Shown here: positions 28,986-37,441 of the stretch, piece after piece
How positions within the stretch are numbered: the first letter of the stretch is position 1
Layout of the letters: each line of letters opens with the position of its first letter
From: an uncultured Acidobacteriota bacterium
Lineage (GTDB): Bacteria > Actinomycetota > Acidimicrobiia > Spongiisociales > ZC4RG35
Reading direction: 5' to 3'
DNA length: 64,000 nucleotides
NCBI GenBank assembly: GCA_963828465.1
Contig: CAWHEU010000004.1
Coordinates: forward strand, 64,001 to 128,000
The notes under the pieces: model-generated
What the model saw: the letters and a program-made list of their open reading frames with translations, nothing else
The model's database searches: none
Told to the model about the DNA's origin: nothing
Translations under genes and position numbers: made by a program

Positions 28986-30482
28986 GTGACATCAGCCGTG
29001 CATGCACTGTTGTTGGCGGTGTTCATGGCTGTGCTTCCTCCTGGAGGCTCGTTCGTCGATGACGACGGGAACGTCCACGAGGGGGGTATCGAGGCGATCG
29101 CCGCCGAAGGCATCACCCGTGGCTGCAACCCACCGGCCAACGACCGTTACTGTCCGGAAAAGACAGTCACTCGGGGCCAAATGGCGGTGTTCCTGGCCCG
29201 CGCCCTCGATCTCGGCCCCACCTCCAACGACTATTTCATCGACGACGAAACCAGCCTGTTCGAAGCCGGGATCAACCGTCTCGCCGCCGCCGGGATTACC
29301 CAGGGCTGCAATCCGCCGGCCAACAACCGGTTCTGTCCCGAACAGGAAATGACCCGTGGCCAGATGGCAGCCATGCTGGCCAGAGCCTTCGACTATCCGG
29401 TGTCACACCACAACCGGTTCAACGACGACAACGGTCACATCTTCGAACAGGCAATCCAGAAGATCGCCGCCGCTGGAGTGACCGTCGGCTGCAATCCACC
29501 GGCCAACAACCGGTTCTGTCCCAACGATCCGATCAGACGAGACCAGATGGCCACCCTCCTCACCCGAGCCAACCACCTCACCCCAAACCGACCACCCGGG
29601 CGATGCCCCACACTCCCGGCGGACGACATCTGGAACACCCCGATCGATCATCTACCGGTGCACACACGCTCGACTCAATACGTGTCGTCGATCGGGCTCT
29701 TGGCCCATCTCCACCCCGACTTCGGATCGGGTGTCTGGCCGCCCGGATCCAACAGCCCCATCGGGATCCCATATGTCGAGGCGCCGTCCGGCACACCTGC
29801 CGTGACCGTCACTTATACCGCCTATGGCAGCGAGTCGGACCCGGGCCCGTTGCCGATTCCCGCCGGCGCTCCGATCGAGGGTGGGCCCGATTCGTCGGGC
29901 GATCGTCACGTCATCGTCGTCGACCGATATCGATGCGAGCTCTTCGAGCTATTCGATGCCCATCCGGGACCAGGCTCATCCTGGCGAGCAGCATCAGGAG
30001 CCCGGTATCAGCTCGATTCGTCTCGACTTCGCCCCGATGGTTGGACTTCGGCCGACGCTGCCGGCCTACCGATCTTTCCGGGTCTGGTTCGATACGACGA
30101 AGTTGCCTCCGGGCACATCGATCACGCCATCAGATTCACGGCGCCGCAAACGCGGTCGGCGCACGTTTGGCCCGCCCGCCACCACGCCTCGAGTTCGCCC
30201 AACCTGGCCCTGCCGGCGATGGGGCAGAGGTTTCGCCTCTCGGCCCAGTTCGACATCTCGGGTTTCTCACCTCAGGTGCAGGTGATCCTGCGGGCCTTCA
30301 AGGAGTACGGGATCATCCTCGCCGACAATGGCTCCCCGTGGTACATCTCCGGGAGCCCGGACCCCAGGTGGGACAACGATCTGTTGCGTGAGTTGAAGGA
30401 GATCCCCGGGTCCGCATTCGAGGCGGTCGATGTCTCGTCGTTGATGATCGATCCCGGCTCCGGACAGGCGCGTCAGCCCTGA
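28986..30482 (+). CDS. SLH-type surface protein with an uncharacterised C-terminal domain
   Basis: Same N-terminal cassette, then WNTPID..GIPY..GDRHV..TSADAAGLP..IDHAIRF..YGIILADNGS. Confidence 0.75.
   Translation: MTSAVHALLLAVFMAVLPPGGSFVDDDGNVHEGGIEAIAAEGITRGCNPPANDRYCPEKTVTRGQMAVFLARALDLGPTSNDYFIDDETSLFEAGINRLAAAGITQGCNPPANNRFCPEQEMTRGQMAAMLARAFDYPVSHHNRFNDDNGHIFEQAIQKIAAAGVTVGCNPPANNRFCPNDPIRRDQMATLLTRANHLTPNRPPGRCPTLPADDIWNTPIDHLPVHTRSTQYVSSIGLLAHLHPDFGSGVWPPGSNSPIGIPYVEAPSGTPAVTVTYTAYGSESDPGPLPIPAGAPIEGGPDSSGDRHVIVVDRYRCELFELFDAHPGPGSSWRAASGARYQLDSSRLRPDGWTSADAAGLPIFPGLVRYDEVASGHIDHAIRFTAPQTRSAHVWPARHHASSSPNLALPAMGQRFRLSAQFDISGFSPQVQVILRAFKEYGIILADNGSPWYISGSPDPRWDNDLLRELKEIPGSAFEAVDVSSLMIDPGSGQARQP
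28994..29596 (+). repeat. Direct repeat copy 2 (SLH cassette)
   Basis: Offset 1622 bp from copy 1. Confidence 0.95.
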
Positions 30483-30505
30483 GCGGGCCCGCCCGTCCGG
30501 GTATC

Positions 30506-30883
30506 TCAGCGACTCAGGGCGCGCCAGATCCCGACCGAGGCCAGAAGCAGCGTGACTCCGATCTTGGTGAAATCGATCACCGGCGTCACCTCGACCCTGC
30601 TGGGTGTGACCCTGATCATTGCCACCGGACGCCCCTGGGAGAAGCCTCCGCCACCTCCACCCTCTCCAGTGCCAATCTCGTCTTCGCCGCTCTGGCCCTG
30701 GCCGGCGCCGAACCCGAAACCACCGGCCCGCTCCCATGCCACCGCGGTGACGATGAGGTCGTCGCCGTGTTTGATCGGCTCGGAGAACAACGCACTCGGG
30801 GACGCCTCGCCGAAGAGCCCGGTGAGGGCGTCGCCGATCTGCGAGGCGATCGCCTCCGAAGTCGTCTGATCGTCATTTGCCAT
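30506..30883 (-). CDS. YtfJ/GerW-like small protein
   Basis: FSEPI..GGFGFGAG..GGGGGG..RPVAMI. Confidence 0.6.
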   Translation of the reverse strand: MANDDQTTSEAIASQIGDALTGLFGEASPSALFSEPIKHGDDLIVTAVAWERAGGFGFGAGQGQSGEDEIGTGEGGGGGGFSQGRPVAMIRVTPSRVEVTPVIDFTKIGVTLLLASVGIWRALSR

Positions 30884-31130
30884 CGAGCCACCTCCAGATT
30901 CCGGCCAACACGAGCATCACGACAGCAGCCAGCCTGACCTCCATCACGTGATCCCGGATCGGGATTACCACACCGCTGTCAGGGAGCCTGACGAGGACGG
31001 GTCGGTGATATGTGAAGCCACCGCCGCCAATCGAGGTCGTCCAGTAGAAACCACTGTCGGCAAACGTCAAAGTGACACCACTGGCGCCATCGACCGCCTG
31101 CTCTGATCGGGCATGTCTGAACCGCAACAT
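30873..31130 (-). CDS. Hypothetical membrane protein
   Basis: 85-aa ORF with C-terminal TM, overlapping the next gene; PIRD motif. Confidence 0.5.
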   Translation of the reverse strand: MLRFRHARSEQAVDGASGVTLTFADSGFYWTTSIGGGGFTYHRPVLVRLPDSGVVIPIRDHVMEVRLAAVVMLVLAGIWRWLDGK

Positions 31131-31153
31131 GGCACCACCCTACAAACCCGGCG

Positions 31154-32599
31154 TCATAGCCCGGTCAGCATCTGGTCTACTGGCGCGAAGTCGTCGGTCA
31201 AGGGGCGGGCGTCGTCGATGAACCGGGCCAGCTCGTCACCGGTCAGCCCGACCTCCACCCCGCCTCTGGAGGAGAGAGCCGATCGCACCCGATCCATGTC
31301 GATCGGATCGTCCGACCCAACGAGGACGTAATTGCCACCTCGGTCCCCCGTGAAGTAGTCCCCCGGGGCGAACACCGCCACGTGGCCGAACACCTCCTTG
31401 AGCGTCGCAGCCTCGGCCCGGGCGAAACGCGCCTCGGGCCGGTCGATCACGTTGACCGTGTAGAACCCTCCCGGCGCCAGCGAGTCACCGATCATCTCGA
31501 CGAACTCCACCGTGGTGAGATGCCACGGCACTGTGAGGCCGGTGAACGCGTCACCGACTACGACATCGACCGAGCCTGGTGCAACTTCTGTGATCGATCT
31601 CCGTGCGTCATCGACAATCACCTCGGCCTCGTCCTCGAACCCGAGATGACGCCGGCCGATATCGACCAGCGAGGCATCGATCTCGAGAACCCGGTGTTCG
31701 GTGCCCGGTCGTGTGGCAGCCAGATACCCGGGCAAGGTGAATCCCCCTCCACCAATGGAGACGACATCGAGAGGGCCCGAGGGCATCTCGACATCGATCA
31801 GATCGGCCATCACCCGGATGTAGCGAAACTCGAGGTGGGTCGGGTCCTCGAGGTCGACGTAGCTGTTGTGGCCACGATCCAGGATCAGCAACCTCCCCGA
31901 CGGGCGCGCAGTGTCGGCAACCACTTCGGCGCAGTGGTAGGAGGTCTCGTATTGGCACGGTCCTTCCCACACGAGGGCAAAGCCGCTCAGGAGGAACAGC
32001 GCAGCGATGGATGCGGTGACGGTCCAGGCGCTCCGACCGACCCACACCGCCACCCCGAACGCGACCAGCACCACCCCCACGACGATCACGATCGGCCGGG
32101 TGGGGAAGGCGGCGATCAGGACGAATCCGGTGACGAAGGTGCCGAATAAGGCCCCCGCGGTCCCGATGGCGGAGTACGTGCCGACCACGGACCCAGTCTC
32201 TTGCAAAGAGGCGAGCCTGATCTTGACCACGATCGGCGGGATCGCCGACAGGATCGCGGCAGGGGCGAAGAACCCGATGAGGCTGAGACCAACGATCGAG
32301 AGAGGCCCGGTCGAAGCGGCCGGGCCAACGAGGTCGACGAGCAGAGGAGACGCCACCGCCGTCAACCCGCCGGCAACAAGGAGAGGGCCGATCAGGCGAC
32401 GGGGGTCGCCGCGATCGGCCGCCCGCCCCCCGGCCCAAGCTCCCACCGAGATCCCGGCGAGGATCACACCGATGATGCCAGTGAACACCTCGAGGCTGAC
32501 CCCCAGGTAGGGCGCAAGCAGTCGCCCGGCGAGGATCTCGAGAATGAGGACCGCGGCGGAGGTGATGAAGACGAGTGACCGGGCGAGGAGCTGTGGCAA
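31154..32599 (-). CDS. Fused membrane domain / spermidine synthase-like methyltransferase
   Basis: LEILAGRLLAPYLG TM domain; IGGGGF, LEID, DAR, GDAF. Confidence 0.85.
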   Translation of the reverse strand: MPQLLARSLVFITSAAVLILEILAGRLLAPYLGVSLEVFTGIIGVILAGISVGAWAGGRAADRGDPRRLIGPLLVAGGLTAVASPLLVDLVGPAASTGPLSIVGLSLIGFFAPAAILSAIPPIVVKIRLASLQETGSVVGTYSAIGTAGALFGTFVTGFVLIAAFPTRPIVIVVGVVLVAFGVAVWVGRSAWTVTASIAALFLLSGFALVWEGPCQYETSYHCAEVVADTARPSGRLLILDRGHNSYVDLEDPTHLEFRYIRVMADLIDVEMPSGPLDVVSIGGGGFTLPGYLAATRPGTEHRVLEIDASLVDIGRRHLGFEDEAEVIVDDARRSITEVAPGSVDVVVGDAFTGLTVPWHLTTVEFVEMIGDSLAPGGFYTVNVIDRPEARFARAEAATLKEVFGHVAVFAPGDYFTGDRGGNYVLVGSDDPIDMDRVRSALSSRGGVEVGLTGDELARFIDDARPLTDDFAPVDQMLTGL

Positions 32600-32675
32600 C
32601 CGCCGGAGTATGCCCTACTCGGTCAACGAGCAGCGAGGCACCATGACTTTCACTTCTCTCTCTCGCTCGCTCTCG

Positions 32676-32920
32676 TTAGGGGCTGAACCTTCGCCTCGTG
32701 TTAGCCGTGACCCTGCGGGCTGTGGCGTACAGCCACGCCCGAGCAGCACCGCCCGGTGGGACCAGATCGATCTTTCGCCAAGCCACCAGGAAGACCTCTG
32801 CCACTGCGTCCTCGGCGTCGGCCCTCGACGAGGTTCGCCAGTTGCATACGAAGCGATGTCGAGTCGGTGGGCCTCGAACAGGGCATCGAACTTCCGGCGA
32901 CGCCTCGCTTCGCCGCTCAT
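32676..32920 (-). pseudogene. Truncated, frameshifted ECF sigma factor (region 2 only)
   Basis: MSGEARRRRKFDALFEAH.. then after a frame change ADAEDAVAEVFLVAWRK..RAWLYATARRVTAN..stop; no region 4 follows. Confidence 0.75.
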
Positions 32921-33033
32921 GTCGCTACCTGAGATATGGCTGGGCCAGTCATCTATCGGTGAAATGTCCGGCATTCTTCGAATCGTTTGAGGCCATCTGA
33001 CGAGATGGTTGACACCGTATCGGGCGGCGTACG

Positions 33034-35001
33034 ATGCCGCCGATGCGGAGGTGGCGTCGCGTCGGGGTTTTGTTGCTCCTGGCTGCGTGCACGTCGGATG
33101 CCGGGTCCGGGACCACGACGACGACCCAGTCGAATGCCACGACGACTGCGCCCACCCCGACCGCCACGATCGCACGACCCGCTACCGATCAACTTCTCGA
33201 GGACCTCGACGCGAGCCTTTGCCCCGACTCGCGGTTCAGCTGTGTGACGCTCGACATGCCGATGAATCATTTCGATGCCGCCGACGTGCGGACCATTCCC
33301 GTGACATTTGCCGTGCTCCCTGCCACCGGGGAAAGACTCGGAGCTTTCGTAACCGCCACCGGTGGCCCGGGTAGCTCCGGGATCGCCGTGGCCGACTCGT
33401 ACACCGACGCCCTCGACCCGGCGATTCCCGAGTCGTATGACATCGTCTTCTTCGATCAGCGGGGAATAGCCATGTCTGGTGGGCTCAGCTGCCCCCAGGC
33501 GGCCGCGGCCTACTACCGGGTCGATGCCACAACGGCTCTCGGGTTCGACCAGGAGGAGCTCACATCGGCCGCCTCGACGTTCGCCGACGATTGTGTTGCA
33601 GAGATGGGCGATCCGGAGATGCTCCCCTATCTGGGGACCGATCAAGTCGTCGAGGACCTCGAGGTCTTTCGGGACACGTTCGGCTACGAGCAGATCGTCC
33701 TCTACGGGGAGAGCTACGGCACCCAGGTATCCCAGACCTATGCCGCCTTCCACGGAGACCAAGTCGCCCGATTGATCCTCGACGGGACGGTCGACCTCAC
33801 CTTGGAGGCGTTCGACTTCTTCGATGAGCAGGCAACGGCCTTCGGGGACACACTCCAATCGACGCTGGACTATTGCGCAGAGGACGAGTTCTGCGCATCC
33901 GACCTCGGCGTCGCCCCGGACGCGTCCTACGACCAGCTCCTCGCATTACTGGCCGAGGGGCCGCTCACGGCGCAATACCCCTTGCCCAGCGGCGGATTCG
34001 AGGAGCGCACCTTTGGGCTCGGAGACCTCGAGGTGGTGGCCAGCGCGCAGATGTACTCCGAGGACGACCGAATGATGTTTCTACGCGCTCTGGCGGCCCA
34101 CAGCGGCCGGGGCGATCTGGTGCCCCTGCTACGGCTCCTCTATATCAACCTGGGGATCGACCCCGAGACCGAGGCCGTGCTCGAAGATCCGACCTACTCG
34201 GACGCCATCTTCTATGCAGTCGAATGCCTCGACTATCACTATCCCGGCTCCACGCCGGAGGAGAAAGCGCAGGCCTTCTTCACGGCAGGCGCCGATCTCA
34301 ACCCGGGAAGGCTGGGCATCCTGTTCTTCGGGGATCTTCCCTGTGCCTTCTGGCCCGACGCCAGGGAGGATGCGACGCGCCCGGAGGCTCTGGTCGCGCC
34401 GGGAACGCCCGCGGTGGTGTTGGGAGCGACCGCGGACCCCGCCACCCCGTACCAGCAGGGAGTCGACGTCTCGGGCCGTCTCGAGGACGGGTACCTGATC
34501 AGCCAGCAAGGCGGGCCACATGTCATCTTCGGACGGGGCAACGAGTGCCCGGACGACGCCGTCACCGACTTCATTCTTGAGGGCACCGCGCCCGAGGTGA
34601 CTGAATGCGAGGGAGATGTCGTCGGGTACTACATCACCCTGCTCCCGATCTCCATCGATGAGTTCGACAGCGCCGAGACGATGCTGGACTCAGTCGAGTT
34701 CGAGATCTTCTACATGCCCGAGTACTACTGGTGGGACACCGTCACCGACACGCCCGCCGGCTGTAACCAGGGTGGAGTCATCACGTTCACCGCCCAGGAG
34801 GCGACGGACGGTTTCATCCTCGAGGAATGCGTCTTCATGGATGGCCTGACCCTCACCGGGGACGGCTCGTACAACTGGGACGAGGACATCTTCACGCTCG
34901 ACATCCAGATCGGCGCAGCTGATTGCCTCTACTCCTACCAGCGCTCCGGCGAGGAGTACACCGTCGAGGACAACTGCCCGACCGATCAATTCAACGGCTA
35001 G
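33034..35001 (+). CDS. Secreted lipoprotein alpha/beta hydrolase (TAP-like S33 peptidase)
   Basis: LAAC lipobox, GGPGSSG, FDQRG, GESYGT, DPATPY, GPH. Confidence 0.85.
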   Translation: MPPMRRWRRVGVLLLLAACTSDAGSGTTTTTQSNATTTAPTPTATIARPATDQLLEDLDASLCPDSRFSCVTLDMPMNHFDAADVRTIPVTFAVLPATGERLGAFVTATGGPGSSGIAVADSYTDALDPAIPESYDIVFFDQRGIAMSGGLSCPQAAAAYYRVDATTALGFDQEELTSAASTFADDCVAEMGDPEMLPYLGTDQVVEDLEVFRDTFGYEQIVLYGESYGTQVSQTYAAFHGDQVARLILDGTVDLTLEAFDFFDEQATAFGDTLQSTLDYCAEDEFCASDLGVAPDASYDQLLALLAEGPLTAQYPLPSGGFEERTFGLGDLEVVASAQMYSEDDRMMFLRALAAHSGRGDLVPLLRLLYINLGIDPETEAVLEDPTYSDAIFYAVECLDYHYPGSTPEEKAQAFFTAGADLNPGRLGILFFGDLPCAFWPDAREDATRPEALVAPGTPAVVLGATADPATPYQQGVDVSGRLEDGYLISQQGGPHVIFGRGNECPDDAVTDFILEGTAPEVTECEGDVVGYYITLLPISIDEFDSAETMLDSVEFEIFYMPEYYWWDTVTDTPAGCNQGGVITFTAQEATDGFILEECVFMDGLTLTGDGSYNWDEDIFTLDIQIGAADCLYSYQRSGEEYTVEDNCPTDQFNG

Positions 35002-36056
35002 ACGACCCTTCGCGCCTGTTGCAGGGTGCTCAAGGCGGAGAGAGTCGACTCCGCACCTTGGTTCATGTTCGGCCCTTTCACGGCCAGGCCATCGCAGCAC
35101 CCGCCGGTTTCGAAGTCGTAGAGCACCACATCGCCGTCATTGTCGGCGAGCAGCCAACGGGCAGCTCTCAACACTGCGTCTCTCCACTTGCCGTCACCCG
35201 TGAGTAGCCAGGCCCGGGTGCAGGCATCCGCCATGGCCGCCGCCTCCACCGGTTGCTGGTCATAGCCGGGCCGGGGCTCGCCCGGTTCCCAGCCGCCGAC
35301 AGGCGCGAAGCTGTAGTGGTCGTCGCGGGTTTCGATCGTCACCAGCCATTCGAGCAGCCGAAGGCCGGCTTCGACGAGTTGGTCGTTTCCAAGTGAGATG
35401 CCGGCCGCGATCAGGGCTTCGGGGATTCGCGCGTTGTCGTAAGCAAGCCGCGGCTCGGGCCAGGGCCATCCGGGGTCATCGGCGACGTGGAGAACACGGG
35501 CCCACCGTGTGAGTGCCGCCCTGGCCACAGCATTCTCCGGATCTCCGGCGAGCACCTCGGACGCCCCCAGGATCGCGAAAGCGTTGGCTCGTGGCGACGT
35601 CGACGCGTACCCCTCCTGCTGATGGAACAATCCCAGCGCCGCCCTACGCATCCATTCCTCCGGTCCCAGTCGGGCAGCTGACCCCAGGCTCCAGATGGCC
35701 CGACCCTGTGAGTCGTCGGATCCGATCTCGTCGGCCCACGACTCGTCCGCTCCTCGCCTGTTGTGGAAACCGCCTTGGGGAAGTGCTGCGTCGGCCACAA
35801 ACCGAAAATAGACGCGGGCCAACCCGATGAGCTCGGCAGAGGGATCGAATTCACGGCTGAGCAGGATGAGTGCCCGAGCGTTGTCGTCTGTGCAGTAACC
35901 GTGCTCGGGTCGCGGGGTCGTGTACCGGGCGTGCTCCCAGAGACCCACGTGGTCTGTCATCCGCCGCAGGTGTTGGAAACGCGGTGCCGGGAGGGCCTCG
36001 ATGACTTGAAGGATGCCAGCGCCGGCGAACACCGACGACCGACTTGACATGTTCAC
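34998..36056 (-). CDS. GT4-associated protein, probable (alpha/alpha) barrel glycosidase-like
   Basis: GYCTDDNARAL, LAYDNARIPEAL, DQQPVE, GGCCDGL, NQGAEST. Confidence 0.7.
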   Translation of the reverse strand: MNMSSRSSVFAGAGILQVIEALPAPRFQHLRRMTDHVGLWEHARYTTPRPEHGYCTDDNARALILLSREFDPSAELIGLARVYFRFVADAALPQGGFHNRRGADESWADEIGSDDSQGRAIWSLGSAARLGPEEWMRRAALGLFHQQEGYASTSPRANAFAILGASEVLAGDPENAVARAALTRWARVLHVADDPGWPWPEPRLAYDNARIPEALIAAGISLGNDQLVEAGLRLLEWLVTIETRDDHYSFAPVGGWEPGEPRPGYDQQPVEAAAMADACTRAWLLTGDGKWRDAVLRAARWLLADNDGDVVLYDFETGGCCDGLAVKGPNMNQGAESTLSALSTLQQARRVV

Positions 36057-37249
36057 CCGACCTTGGCGAGCCCCCCGGCACGCTGCCCGGAGGAGAACCC
36101 GGCCACCAAGGCTTGGCGCTCGACGAGAGTGGAGGCGATGGCTTCGTACCGATCGGCCACTACCGGCCAGTGGAGGGTCGAACCGATTGAAGTCGCCATC
36201 GCCGCCATTCGAGCCGCCACCCCCGGCTCCGAAAAGAGCCTCCGCAAGGCGATCGCCATCGCTTCGGGATCGGAGTGGGGGACAAGGGCGCCGGCACCGG
36301 TGCCGAGCATTTCCACCGCGTGGGGGAAGTCCGTTGCGATCACAGGCTTCCCGGCGGCCAGGGCCTCGACCAACACCCCCGATGTGACCTGTTCTGTGGA
36401 CTCATAGGGCAGAAGCACGGCGTCGGCCTGTCGGATCTCCGCAGCGAGGGAATCGGTATCCAAATAACGATTATCGAACTCGACGACATCTTCCAGACCC
36501 AGCGCGTGCGCCTTCGCCTTCAACCCATCCAGATAGGAATCACCTTGGGTGGCCTGCACCTTGGGATGGGTCTTGCCGAGGATCACATACCGTGGGAGTG
36601 GCTGCAGGTCTTTCACGCTGGCGAAGGCGTCGAGAGCTGTTTCCAGCCCTTTGCCCGGCCCGATCAGCCCCCAGGTCAGGGCGACCGGTCGCGGCCCACT
36701 GGCCTCGCTCGGAACAGCCAGTCCGGGCATCGCCCCATGGGGAACCATGGTCACTCTGTCGGGGTCGAGGTCGTACCTGTCCCGCAAGCGGCGCACGGCT
36801 GTGTCGCTCATGACGATCGTCTGCCCCGCCAGGTCGACGATCCTCTCAAGAATCCACTTCTGTCTCAGCGTCGGCCGGTCGAGCACGGTATGCAGGGTGA
36901 CGATCGTTGGGACCTCTACCTCGGAGATGAAGTCGAGTACCTCGGTGCCGTCAGGCCCGCCATAGATCCCATATTCGTGTTGGAAGAAGACGATGTCGTG
37001 GCGGTTGAGGATTCGAATCGCCTGCTTCAAGGAGGATCGATCACCGTTGACGTGCTGCAGCATGACTTCGGGTCGTGAATTCTCGAGCCTGCGGTCTCCG
37101 AGACTCACCACCTCGAGACCCTCCTCAGATCCGCGCCCATCTGCCATCGCCCCGCGCAAGGCTGCTGTGAAGGTGGCCAGACCGCAAACGGTAGGTGGAT
37201 AGGTGCTGACGAATCCGATCGACGGAAGGTTCGCTTGGCTTTGTTTCAT
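36053..37249 (-). CDS. GT4 glycosyltransferase
   Basis: STYPPTVCGLATF, QHEYGIYGG, WGLIGPGKG, TSGVL. Confidence 0.88.
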   Translation of the reverse strand: MKQSQANLPSIGFVSTYPPTVCGLATFTAALRGAMADGRGSEEGLEVVSLGDRRLENSRPEVMLQHVNGDRSSLKQAIRILNRHDIVFFQHEYGIYGGPDGTEVLDFISEVEVPTIVTLHTVLDRPTLRQKWILERIVDLAGQTIVMSDTAVRRLRDRYDLDPDRVTMVPHGAMPGLAVPSEASGPRPVALTWGLIGPGKGLETALDAFASVKDLQPLPRYVILGKTHPKVQATQGDSYLDGLKAKAHALGLEDVVEFDNRYLDTDSLAAEIRQADAVLLPYESTEQVTSGVLVEALAAGKPVIATDFPHAVEMLGTGAGALVPHSDPEAMAIALRRLFSEPGVAARMAAMATSIGSTLHWPVVADRYEAIASTLVERQALVAGFSSGQRAGGLAKVG

Positions 37250-37441
37250 AGAGATCTCCGTGATGTGAACGACCGGTGAATGCGTCGGCTGTTGATGATC
37301 CACAGCAATTCGCCGGCTACGGAGAGCTGCATTCCATGAGCCCTGCGGGATAACGAAAGACTGGCACCGAGGCCGCGTCGAAGTCATACCGTACCAGTCA
37401 TCCCGCCCAAGCCACTATCGCGCCCACCCACCCTGGGGCGA

